Virus record (IMG/VR): IMGVR_UViG_3300036795_000211
Location: 1 to 64,000 of that record
Origin: a virus
DNA: 64,000 nucleotides
Strand: one strand, 5' to 3'
Shown piece after piece: positions 53,354 to 62,032 of this stretch (within the stretch, counting starts at the first letter, position 1; every line of letters starts with the position of its first letter). The notes under the pieces were generated by a model. That model did not search any database, was not told the DNA's origin, and saw nothing but the letters and a program-made list of their open reading frames with translations. The translations under genes and the position numbers were made by a program.

Positions 53354-53848
53354 ATGTCGTTGTCCGGAATGGACCGTGAGTCCGCCGAAGCGTTGATGGC
53401 CGCCACTGGCCGGGTACTCGCGAAGTTCGACCGCTTGACCGAGAAGTACGGTACCGAGCCCCCGATGGGCTCCGTGGTCCGCTGGCAGAAGGTGTTCGGT
53501 GACGGCAAGGTCTACTCCTACGCCGCGATCCACACCGAGAATGGCTGGTACACCACCGGCCCGCGCTCCCCGAAGAGAATCGGCTGGGAGCCACTGATCG
53601 AGTGGATCGACGCGGGAGGCACCGCGTTCAACTTCGCGCAGATCGCCGGACCGTTCCCCATTCCGCACCGCGTGGTAACGACCGCCGGTTCGATCCTTGG
53701 CCCGTTTCCGCCGCCATTCCCGGCTGCTGATCTCGGCGAGGACATGATTACCCGTCGCAGTCCCGATCAGTCCGATGACGACATGCTGGATGACGAGCAG
53801 TCCGATGGCGAGCCGAATGACGGTGTCGGCTGGAAAGACCACAACTAA
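53354..53848 (+). CDS. hypothetical actinophage protein
   Basis: GSVVRW.K.F...YSYAAI...WYTTG...W..LIEWI. Confidence 0.7.
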   Translation: MSLSGMDRESAEALMAATGRVLAKFDRLTEKYGTEPPMGSVVRWQKVFGDGKVYSYAAIHTENGWYTTGPRSPKRIGWEPLIEWIDAGGTAFNFAQIAGPFPIPHRVVTTAGSILGPFPPPFPAADLGEDMITRRSPDQSDDDMLDDEQSDGEPNDGVGWKDHN

Positions 53849-53885
53849 CCCGCACCATTAACTCCGACAAGGGGGCATCAGCCCA

Positions 53886-55127
53886 GTGTCAATCACGCCC
53901 ACTCCTGATCAGCGTCGTGCACTCGACGCGATAATGACTTGGTACGCCGAAGGCGGCGATCCGCCACTGACTCTCGGCGGTTTCGCGGGGACCGGGAAGA
54001 CAACGCTACTCGGCCAGGTCCGTAGGCGCATCCCCGCCAAGCGAGTCGTGTTCGCGAGTTACACCGGTAAGGCCGTTTCGGTGTTGAAGTCCAAGCTTCC
54101 GCCGGGTTCCGATGTGACCACGCTTCATCGCCTCCTGTACACGCCGACCCATCGTCTGGTCTGCAAGGACTCCGGCGACAACCTGACGAACGCTCTCGGG
54201 ACGCCGGCCTCGTTCTGCGACACACACCGGCCGAACCTCAAGGGTGCGGATGCGGACCATTCAATCCTGCAGGGTCGCGATCCGTGTACGCCGCAACGAA
54301 AGCTCGATTGGCTGCAGAACCTGAGCCCGCTCGATGGTATCGACCTGGTCGTTGTCGATGAAGCATCAATGGTCTCCGACAAGATCTGGGGCGACCTCAC
54401 GAAGTGGGGTGTCCCGGTGCTGGCGGTCGGCGATCACGGCCAGTTGCCGCCGATCAAGTCAACGTTCAACCTGATGCAGCACCCGCAGATCAAGCTCGAG
54501 ACCATCGTGCGTCAGGCCGCCGAATCGCCGATCATCCAGATGTCGATCATGGCTCGCGAAGGGCGGCCTATCCCGCGCAAGGACTTCGGTAACGGTGTCG
54601 TGAAGGTGCCACGGCACAAGCTCGGAAGGTACGAGCTCGATCCCGACTCGCAGGAGCAGTTGATCATCGTTGGCTACAACGCCACTCGAAACGACACCAA
54701 CGAGATGCTCCGGCGACAGTGCGACCGGAAAGGTGAGCCGCAGCCCGGTGACGTGGTCATCTGCCTCCGTAACTCCTACGAGAACGGTGTCTTCAACGGG
54801 ATGCGGGGTCGCATACTGCATCTCGAACCCGAACCGTGGCGCGAGGGCTACATGGCCGACATTCAGGTGTTCGGCGAGGACGAGATCTACACCGCAATGA
54901 TCGCGGCCGACCAGTTCGGCAAGCCGAAGACCATGTCGGAGATGAATCGGCGATTCGGCCTGTGGGACTATGGCTATGCGATGACGTGTCACAAGGCCCA
55001 GGGCAGCCAAGCGGACAAAGTGGTCGTGATCGAGGAACGGATGCCGTCCGCCTCGGACGCGATGCACGCACGCTGGCTCTACACCGCCATTACGCGGGCC
55101 GCCAAGGAGTTGATCCTGGTCGGATGA
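53886..55127 (+). CDS. RecD/Dda-like SF1B helicase
   Basis: GFAGTGKT, VDEASM, GDHGQLPP, TCHKAQGS and YTAITRA motifs. Confidence 0.9.
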   Translation: MSITPTPDQRRALDAIMTWYAEGGDPPLTLGGFAGTGKTTLLGQVRRRIPAKRVVFASYTGKAVSVLKSKLPPGSDVTTLHRLLYTPTHRLVCKDSGDNLTNALGTPASFCDTHRPNLKGADADHSILQGRDPCTPQRKLDWLQNLSPLDGIDLVVVDEASMVSDKIWGDLTKWGVPVLAVGDHGQLPPIKSTFNLMQHPQIKLETIVRQAAESPIIQMSIMAREGRPIPRKDFGNGVVKVPRHKLGRYELDPDSQEQLIIVGYNATRNDTNEMLRRQCDRKGEPQPGDVVICLRNSYENGVFNGMRGRILHLEPEPWREGYMADIQVFGEDEIYTAMIAADQFGKPKTMSEMNRRFGLWDYGYAMTCHKAQGSQADKVVVIEERMPSASDAMHARWLYTAITRAAKELILVG

Positions 55128-55390
55128 CTCCCGAGATGAAAGCGTTTATCGAGCAGGGACTCGCCTCGATGGAATTCACGGTTGAAGTGACCGGCTTCCT
55201 CCCCCGCGGTACCGACACCGAATGGTTCATGCTGCTCTGCACGCAATGCGGTGACCCGGCCGAGCCACTGTGGATGCCATTCGAGAGTGCCGAAGCACGA
55301 GGTAAGTGGGCCGCTGCACACACCGAGCTCGCTCACCACGACAAATACCGCGTTATCGATGTACCGAAGGGAGCTACAACGAATGGCTAA
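55124..55390 (+). CDS. zinc-binding small protein
   Basis: CTQC...H...H; ATGA coupling. Confidence 0.6.
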   Translation: MTPEMKAFIEQGLASMEFTVEVTGFLPRGTDTEWFMLLCTQCGDPAEPLWMPFESAEARGKWAAAHTELAHHDKYRVIDVPKGATTNG

Positions 55391-55715
55391 CTCGCCCGCC
55401 CGGCAGATGGTCGCATTCCGCAAGCAACTGGCCGAGATGCCAACCGAGTACCTGTTCTGCCACAACTTCGGGCACCAGGTAACGCCGTCCACGATTAACC
55501 CGGACGGTCAGATCTTCGTTATCGGCCTGCTCTGCGGGTCATGCGGAATGGAGATCGACCGATTCCGCGACTCGTACACCGGAAAGGTGTCCAGCCGGTA
55601 CTGGCACCCGAAGGGTGACTACTACTTCCGGGGTACCGGTCCGATAACGCCGCAGATGAAACTCGAGATCGAGGAAGCATGGCGCAACTCGGTCGATCTA
55701 CCGAAAGCTGGCTGA
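55383..55715 (+). CDS. zinc-binding small protein
   Basis: C...GH...CGSCG. Confidence 0.65.
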   Translation: MANSPARQMVAFRKQLAEMPTEYLFCHNFGHQVTPSTINPDGQIFVIGLLCGSCGMEIDRFRDSYTGKVSSRYWHPKGDYYFRGTGPITPQMKLEIEEAWRNSVDLPKAG

Positions 55716-55831
55716 TGATGCAGCGCGAATACACGTTTAGCCTGTTTTATTGGCTGCTCGCCAACTGGAACTGGGCAACGGTAGCAGTACTCGCCGTTAT
55801 CTCCGGAGTACTACTCAAGGTGGCGGACTGA
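55715..55831 (+). CDS. 38-aa membrane peptide (not in ORF track)
   Basis: TGATG coupling; fills the gap exactly; one TM helix. Confidence 0.5.
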   Translation: MMQREYTFSLFYWLLANWNWATVAVLAVISGVLLKVAD

Positions 55832-56083
55832 ATGACGGTCGAGGAGCTCCTTCCCGGAACGCGAATCACGCTCGAAGGGTCACCGTTGATCGGCACCTAC
55901 ATCGAGCAGACCCGCCATCCGCTCTACCCGCAACTACGGCTGGTCGTATGGGTACTCAGTGACGACGTAATATCGCTGGACGCACTAAGTCCGCAGCAAG
56001 AAATCGGTAACCCGATCGACCCGCAGAATCTCAAGGCACGGACGTACTGGCTGCGACAAGCACTCAACGCTGGAGGTAGATAG
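55832..56083 (+). CDS. hypothetical protein
   Basis: Packed ORF. Confidence 0.65.
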   Translation: MTVEELLPGTRITLEGSPLIGTYIEQTRHPLYPQLRLVVWVLSDDVISLDALSPQQEIGNPIDPQNLKARTYWLRQALNAGGR

Positions 56084-56084
56084 T

Positions 56085-56495
56085 ATGCCGCTCTCGAGGA
56101 TGGCCCTGAAGTGGGGCTTCAATGATGCCGGCCTCGGTGACATTCCGGGTCTCGATTACGACAAGATGGTCCACGCCATCGTGATCAAGCTCGCCGAGAA
56201 CGATATCACGCAGTTCTTCGGCAAGATCCAGAACGCGATCGACAAGTGGCAGCGAGAGAACGCTCGGATCTTTCCGTCCGAGTACGCGGTAATACGTATT
56301 CACCCGTACGCGTACCGTGGCTACCTAAAGATGTGGCCGCAAACGATGGTGAGCCCCCTGCCGTTCGGCAGCAAGCCGAATTCCGTGTTCGGCGTCCCGA
56401 TCGACGAGGACCAGCGAATGTTCCGTACCTCGTGGGAGCTTCAGCTCGGCGGAAAGCTCCTCGAGTCCGGCGAAGTATTGGAGATTGTCGAATGA
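56085..56495 (+). CDS. small protein resembling an isolated capsid A-domain
   Basis: VIRIHPYAY..YLK...PNSVFGVPIDED. Confidence 0.6.
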   Translation: MPLSRMALKWGFNDAGLGDIPGLDYDKMVHAIVIKLAENDITQFFGKIQNAIDKWQRENARIFPSEYAVIRIHPYAYRGYLKMWPQTMVSPLPFGSKPNSVFGVPIDEDQRMFRTSWELQLGGKLLESGEVLEIVE

Positions 56496-57004
56496 GCTCC
56501 TATCTGTTTATCGGCGGGCCACTGGACGGTGAATACCGCGAGGTCGAGGACCCGCCGCCAACGTGTGTCCCGTACCTCTCAGCGGCACCGTGGACTTCGG
56601 AATACCAGCCGTACGCGATTCCGTACATCGCACTTCCAGCGGATACGGCTGACGGTACCTACGTGGTCTACACCGTTTTCGATGAAGCCGAGCTGTCCAC
56701 GGCTCTCCGATGTCCGGTGTGCGTAAGCGCGGGGATCTACTCGGTCGAGCACCTCCCCTATTCCGATGCAAGACCCGGTGACGATTACCACGGCCAGTTC
56801 CCAATTCCGACGCCGTGGAACGATCCGAAGGCTGCCGTCCTCGAGGACATTCATCGCACTCTCGGAGTGAGTGGCGGACCATTCGGAATTGATGACGAGT
56901 TCCCGACACGTGAACCGCAGACCTTTACGTTCGGATACGACGACACCTCCGAAACAGCGCAGATTGAGCCACTACCCGACCAAAAGGGAGACGATGAGAA
57001 TTGA
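56492..57004 (+). CDS. GGPLDG-family protein
   Basis: FIGGPLDG; ATGA coupling. Confidence 0.65.
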   Translation: MSSYLFIGGPLDGEYREVEDPPPTCVPYLSAAPWTSEYQPYAIPYIALPADTADGTYVVYTVFDEAELSTALRCPVCVSAGIYSVEHLPYSDARPGDDYHGQFPIPTPWNDPKAAVLEDIHRTLGVSGGPFGIDDEFPTREPQTFTFGYDDTSETAQIEPLPDQKGDDEN

Positions 57005-57332
57005 CATCGACGAATACGAGGTCACATATCGGCAGTTCGACCACTGGTGCCGCCAGAAATGGATTCGTTCCACCGGTAAAGGTGGCTCCGGAATCGATCG
57101 TGACTTCGAAGAGGACGAGGTAAAGATCTTCAAGATTATGGCTCCGCTCGTCAAGCTCGGCTTGTCCCCCCGCGTTGCAGCTGCGTTGGCGCGTACGCAC
57201 GTTGAAAACGGCTTCACCGGCGCATTGACACTTCGGGACGGTGAACTGGAGCTCAGTGGCATCTTTGCCTCGGTACGCGCTGACGCAGTTACCCGGCGGG
57301 GTGGTCACCCGGGAGAGATGTTCTTCCGCTGA
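56994..57332 (+). CDS. MerR-like HTH DNA-binding protein
   Basis: VTYRQFDHW.R..I...GSG..R.F...L..LG.S. Confidence 0.75.
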   Translation: MRIDIDEYEVTYRQFDHWCRQKWIRSTGKGGSGIDRDFEEDEVKIFKIMAPLVKLGLSPRVAAALARTHVENGFTGALTLRDGELELSGIFASVRADAVTRRGGHPGEMFFR

Positions 57333-57451
57333 CGTCACCTGCCCTGTCTGGGCCATATTGGGATACATGGGATTCGGCCTAGAATATCGGAACGGGACAG
57401 GTCGGGTTGCCTAGGGGCAATGGTACAGGGACTCTGGAGGTGCTATAGGGT

Positions 57452-57700
57452 GTGTCAGTGGAATATGGCTCTGGCCCAAGCATTCGTCGGTGTCCGCAGG
57501 TCGGACACTTCGTGTGCCCGAGTTGCGGTGGTAACGGAATAATGCTGATGATCCGCCATGCGAATACCGGACAAGCGGTCGGTACCGAAGTGTGCAACGT
57601 ATGCGGCGGATCCGGACAACTAGGGAGTGGTAATGCGACAGACGCGTGGCCGCAAGATCTCGGGTTCGGCAAAGGCCTCCCCGGAACTGGCCTCTCTTAG
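57452..57700 (+). CDS. DnaJ-type zinc-finger small protein
   Basis: CPSCGGNG...CNVCGGSG. Confidence 0.6.
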   Translation: MSVEYGSGPSIRRCPQVGHFVCPSCGGNGIMLMIRHANTGQAVGTEVCNVCGGSGQLGSGNATDAWPQDLGFGKGLPGTGLS

Positions 57701-58033
57701 CCGGATCCGCGGGATGGCGAGTTGGATTCGCCGAACCAGTGGAACGCCAAACGAATACCCGAAGATTTCGGCGATGAGTGGTCGCGAGATCTTCGATGCA
57801 AGGCAATTCGCAGTGGGCGGCTATCCGTGGCCCGCCAAGTGGACCCAACGACTCGTGGAGATGGCACGCAGTGGCTGAGTACCCGGAGGTGAATAGCGGT
57901 CCGCTCTGCAACGCCGAGGAGTCCGGCTACCTGGATAGTACCGAGGTGTTCTGCCCATTCGCAGCTGGACCGTGCACGTCGGAATGTCCGACCAATCGAG
58001 AACGAGCCTGCATTATCGGAGAGGACTAATCGC

Positions 58034-58336
58034 ATGGCTGACACCGACAAGAAGCCGTTCGACATCACGACCCGCGTAAACGGTAAAACTACTGACTTTC
58101 AGGTGCCGATTGACGATCCCTTCATTCGTCATACCGTGTGGACGGAATGGCGGCTAATCTCGTGGCTCCCGTTCCCCCGCGTCCGGACCAGGGTCGAGGT
58201 TATCGTCGGAGCCGACCGCGACATCATCTACGCCGTAATGCACGCAGTTAGCGAACATCGAGCCACGGTTCCGCTAAACGATCCGATTCCGCCGCCGGAC
58301 TCCACCGTTTTCGGATTCGAGTCCGCCGGTGACTAA
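58034..58336 (+). CDS. hypothetical protein
   Basis: SD gagga. Confidence 0.65.
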   Translation: MADTDKKPFDITTRVNGKTTDFQVPIDDPFIRHTVWTEWRLISWLPFPRVRTRVEVIVGADRDIIYAVMHAVSEHRATVPLNDPIPPPDSTVFGFESAGD

Positions 58337-58682
58337 GCCGCTGGAGGTACACCATTTCGTCGAAGGTGACCAGATCGACATTAAGTACCTCCTCGCTCCC
58401 GCGGTGGTCGAAGGTCACGAAGTAACGGAGCCGACCATGCTCTGGGTCGCCAATTCCGGCGGACCGGCCACCGTTACCGTGATGCAGTACGGCTGGAACC
58501 CGAAGAAGCCGGGTGACGTGATCACGGAGCCGAAAACGATTACCGTGCGGCGTCGGCGGTCACCGGATGACGGAGCATCCGAGACGCTCATCGGAATGTT
58601 CGCACCCGGTCCGATCAAGTACGACCGCCACTTCCGCAACCTTACCGTGTGCGCTTTTCGCTTTGACCCGAAGCCTGGTTGA
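58329..58682 (+). CDS. beta-sandwich protein resembling virion protein 13353-13730
   Basis: MLWVANSGGPATVTV...ETLIGMF. Confidence 0.6.
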   Translation: MTKPLEVHHFVEGDQIDIKYLLAPAVVEGHEVTEPTMLWVANSGGPATVTVMQYGWNPKKPGDVITEPKTITVRRRRSPDDGASETLIGMFAPGPIKYDRHFRNLTVCAFRFDPKPG

Positions 58683-58707
58683 CCTATCGGGATCACTCGG
58701 GTATCCT
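58679..58707 (+). promoter_or_regulatory. SigA-type promoter
   Basis: TTGACC-17-TATCCT. Confidence 0.6.
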
Positions 58708-58713
58708 ATAGGT

Positions 58714-58785
58714 GGAGGCCCCCGGTACACACGGCCCGTATCCGCAGACATCTGCGGGTCCTGCAGCGTGGCGGGGGCCTCTCCA
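58714..58785 (+). ncRNA. tRNA-like structured element ending in CCA
   Basis: 72 nt, can fold as a non-canonical cloverleaf; begins at the predicted TSS. Confidence 0.3.
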
Positions 58786-58806
58786 ACTTTAGCGAAGAGA
58801 GACCGA

Positions 58807-59109
58807 ATGTCCGACATGCAAGGTACCACGTCGCAGCGTAACCGAGAGCGAAACGAGGCAGTACAGGCTGAGCGACGTAGACGCAATCCTCCGATACCTA
58901 CCGAAGGTGGCGGACACGCATCGAAGGTGTTTCCGCACTTCTCGGTGGCGAATGGCTTGTGCATGTGTCTTGCCGGTTGCTGTCTCGGAGTAAATGGCTG
59001 CCGCTGTCACGAATGTCCGTGTGACCGACCTGGTTCCCGCGGATACGGTAAACACTCGGGCAAGCTCCGCCCGGAAGGAGAATTCAGTGGCACTCGCAAA
59101 AGCAGGTAG
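58807..59109 (+). CDS. Cys-rich small protein
   Basis: CMCLAGCCLGVNGCRCHECPC. Confidence 0.55.
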   Translation: MSDMQGTTSQRNRERNEAVQAERRRRNPPIPTEGGGHASKVFPHFSVANGLCMCLAGCCLGVNGCRCHECPCDRPGSRGYGKHSGKLRPEGEFSGTRKSR

Positions 59110-59896
59110 CAGTACCCTCGATCTGCCGTGGGGCAAGCCCGATGAAGTCGAAGGCGGAATCGGGGTCAATGCCGCCATCTTCGGGTTCGCGGGGAGTGGG
59201 AAGTCCACCGTGGCGGCATCCGCCGTTTCCGCCGAAAGCGGTAAGCCACTGCTGGTCGTCAACTTCGATGGCGAGGTCAACTCCCTTCGGGGACGCACCG
59301 ACATTGACATCTGGCCGCGGAAAGGCGGAGTGCGCAGCTGGGAACGAATCGCTGCGTTCACTGATCGGCTGGCCACCGGCAAGCACCCGTTCAAGACTAT
59401 CGTGTTCGACACCGGGAACAACATGTACCGGTATGCACTAGCGCACGTGAAAGCGTCGGGTTCGCCGAACCGGGACCCCCGGCAGATCTTTGGCGGCGCA
59501 AACGACCTGGTCAACGAGGTAATCGTCAAGTTCGTGCAGATCGCTAACGAGCGGGGAATCAACGTCATCTGGAACTGGCACGCCGAGGAGGTCAAGGAAG
59601 GTGTCGGCGACGCGGTAAAGCTGTTCATTCGGCCGGATGCTACTCCCGGGGTACTGAAGACCATCTACCAGCAGCACTCCACGATCGGCTATCTCGAAGA
59701 GCGAATGGCGGGTAAGCGTCGGCTCTACCTGCACAACACGCTGAAGCTCATCGCAAAGGTACACCAGCCGCAGGGCGAAGGTGCATTGGCGGTCGAGATT
59801 GACGATCCAGACTTCGGCAAGGTAATCGACCACCTGAGGGGCGTGGCCAAGTATGACGCAGGGAAGAAGTCAACGATACGTACCCGGTCCGCTTGA
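59087..59896 (+). CDS. AAA_24 / Sak4-like recombinase ATPase
   Basis: GFAGSGKST, FKTIVFDT, WHAEE. Confidence 0.8.
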   Translation: MALAKAGSSTLDLPWGKPDEVEGGIGVNAAIFGFAGSGKSTVAASAVSAESGKPLLVVNFDGEVNSLRGRTDIDIWPRKGGVRSWERIAAFTDRLATGKHPFKTIVFDTGNNMYRYALAHVKASGSPNRDPRQIFGGANDLVNEVIVKFVQIANERGINVIWNWHAEEVKEGVGDAVKLFIRPDATPGVLKTIYQQHSTIGYLEERMAGKRRLYLHNTLKLIAKVHQPQGEGALAVEIDDPDFGKVIDHLRGVAKYDAGKKSTIRTRSA

Positions 59897-59997
59897 GGGT
59901 CGACGCGACGTCCTAACGTGCTTGGACTGCGGAGCGATGGTTCCGTATCCGTTCGTTGATCGGCACGACAACCACCATTCTTCGTTGGAGGCACTCC

Positions 59998-60735
59998 GTG
60001 AACGGTTGGACCTGGTTCTTCGCGATCGTCAGCCTCTTGCTGGCAGTAATTATCGCAGTACTGACCTGGATCCTTCGCAGGGATCGGTCCAATCACCCTT
60101 CGGGCCTATCCTTGCCGGAATCGTCCGTCCCCAGTATCCCCACCGCTGAGGTCGAGCAGCTTCGGCGTGACCTGCATGAAGCCGGTGGATCGGTCGCGCG
60201 ACTGACCAAGGAACTTTCGCTGGAGCGAGAGCAGACCGGTCGAAACCTCGAGACCATTGCCAAGCGGGCCGAGGTCGAAATACAGCAACGAGTGGCGTTG
60301 GCCCGAACGGAGCTGGAACGCGAATTTGCCGAGCGGAAACGGACTGACCGCCAGGTGTCGAACCAGCTTTCTCGAGCTGCGTTGCTGGCCAAGGTGGCGG
60401 AGCACATGGGTCCGTTGTTCCCCGGCTTCCCGTACAACCTTAAGGAATGTCGTCACGTCGGTGAGGTATTCGATTACCTGGTCTATGAAGGGCTGGAAGC
60501 CGGCGGAGATATCTCGGTGATCTTCCTCGAGATCAAGTCCTCGGCGTCCGGGCGTACTCGCCGGGTAACCAATCCGCGGGAGAAGGCGCTCCGGGACGCA
60601 ATTAAAGCGGGTCGGGTCCACTACAAGGTCTGGCAGCCGCCAAACGCCGCCGAGCTGGAAAGGCTGGCTCGGGAGGCGATCGAATCGCTGGAGGTCCCAG
60701 CGCTCACCGAAGGAGGAGACAATGCCGATAGTTGA
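59998..60735 (+). CDS. membrane-anchored Holliday-junction-resolvase-like endonuclease (Endonuc_Holl type)
   Basis: TM helix, coiled coil, EH..P.FP.FPY...R..G...DY.V..G...IFLEIKS. Confidence 0.75.
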   Translation: MNGWTWFFAIVSLLLAVIIAVLTWILRRDRSNHPSGLSLPESSVPSIPTAEVEQLRRDLHEAGGSVARLTKELSLEREQTGRNLETIAKRAEVEIQQRVALARTELEREFAERKRTDRQVSNQLSRAALLAKVAEHMGPLFPGFPYNLKECRHVGEVFDYLVYEGLEAGGDISVIFLEIKSSASGRTRRVTNPREKALRDAIKAGRVHYKVWQPPNAAELERLAREAIESLEVPALTEGGDNADS

Positions 60736-61030
60736 GGAACCGGGTCCGGAGAAGCGAGTCCTCGGGCGACACCACGCACCACTGGGTCAGCCGATCAGCC
60801 CGTTCAAGTACACCGTAACGCGGAACGATGGCGGTAAGCCGATTCCGCTGGACGAGCCGTGCCTGGTAATCCGCGCGCAGGACGCCTTTGCGCTCGTGTT
60901 CATTCAGATGTACATCAATCACACCCTCGATACCGTTAGTCCGGCCCTGACTAACGAGCTGCTCGCCCACCGGGAACGGATCCGGCGGTGGCAGGACGAA
61001 CATCGGGATAAGGTAAAGCTCCCTGATTGA
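60722..61030 (+). CDS. conserved phage protein (DEP..VIRAQD family)
   Basis: SD aggag; motif. Confidence 0.7.
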   Translation: MPIVEEPGPEKRVLGRHHAPLGQPISPFKYTVTRNDGGKPIPLDEPCLVIRAQDAFALVFIQMYINHTLDTVSPALTNELLAHRERIRRWQDEHRDKVKLPD

Positions 61031-61055
61031 CAAACTTCCAGCCATTCTATAGACT
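61027..61055 (+). promoter_or_regulatory. SigA-type promoter
   Basis: TTGACA-17-TAGACT. Confidence 0.7.
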
Positions 61056-61113
61056 GGGTAATCCAAGGGGCCGCTGCCGCCCCGCAAGGCAGCAAAGAAG
61101 GAGGTACTCAGAT

Positions 61114-61557
61114 GTGGCGCAGCGACTAGAAGCGCATCACGGCTGGAAGGGCGACAAAGCTGGCTATCATGCGCAGCTACATCGTGTACGAAGAGCACGT
61201 GGTCGCGCCAAAGAGCACCTTTGCGTGAAGCACGCAGAGAAGGGTAAGCAGGTACGAGCGAATGACTGGGCACACGTTCACGGTGAAAGTGGCTTTGACG
61301 TGTACGCGGATTTCGTTCCGCTCTGCGATCCCTGTCACGAAGAGTACGACAATCCCACGAAGGCACGCGGTGCGAGAGTGCAACTTGCTGCCGGGAAGCT
61401 AGCCGAACAGGACGTCATTCGTATTCGAGAACTGCTAGCGAAGAAGGTTCCGCAGCAGCGTATCGCAACGGAGTTCGGTGTCGTACAAACGGCAATTAGC
61501 AAGATTAACACGGGTCGCACGTACGCAAACGTGGGACGAACCGAAGGAAGTGGTTAG
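61114..61557 (+). CDS. HNH-like endonuclease with C-terminal HTH
   Basis: WKGD..GY...RVRR.RG.A...DWA...LC.PCH.EYD followed by KL...V..IR...IA.EFGV.Q..IS.I. Confidence 0.75.
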   Translation: MAQRLEAHHGWKGDKAGYHAQLHRVRRARGRAKEHLCVKHAEKGKQVRANDWAHVHGESGFDVYADFVPLCDPCHEEYDNPTKARGARVQLAAGKLAEQDVIRIRELLAKKVPQQRIATEFGVVQTAISKINTGRTYANVGRTEGSG

Positions 61558-61960
61558 CATACCTGCAACGATTGACCTCACCGGCGTTAGCACCGAGGGC
61601 AAGCCGCCCCTGGAGCCAGACGTTTACCCGGCGGTCATCACGAAGGCCGACATTCACGACTCGAAGAGTGCCGGAGAGCCCACGCTCTACCTCGAGCTCT
61701 CCGTGAGTGACGAAGGCCGAAACGGTCGGTGGAGCACGTCACTGCAGCCCCAGTCGCTATGGCGGGTCAAGCGACTTCTGGTCAACCTCGGTCTCGAAGT
61801 CCCGGAAGGGGAGTTCGAATTCGACGAGGAGGACCTGATCGGCGTCGAGTGCCAGGTGCGGACGATCCAGGAGCCGCACTACCAGGACAAGAAGCGGAAG
61901 ACCTGGCGCATCGCCGAGATCCTCAACGAGGACGGCGAAACCGGCGAGGGCTGGGGGTAG
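61550..61960 (+). CDS. single-stranded DNA-binding protein (DUF669-like)
   Basis: PDVY.A.I...SK.AG.P...DLIG.EC.V; acidic tail ending in W; downstream of Sak4-like gene. Confidence 0.7.
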   Translation: MVSIPATIDLTGVSTEGKPPLEPDVYPAVITKADIHDSKSAGEPTLYLELSVSDEGRNGRWSTSLQPQSLWRVKRLLVNLGLEVPEGEFEFDEEDLIGVECQVRTIQEPHYQDKKRKTWRIAEILNEDGETGEGWG

Positions 61961-62032
61961 CAAGCACCGGTCCGAATTGCTGCACCCGACACGGATCGGG
62001 CGTCCTAGGGCGTGCAGCCGGACCGGGTAGTA

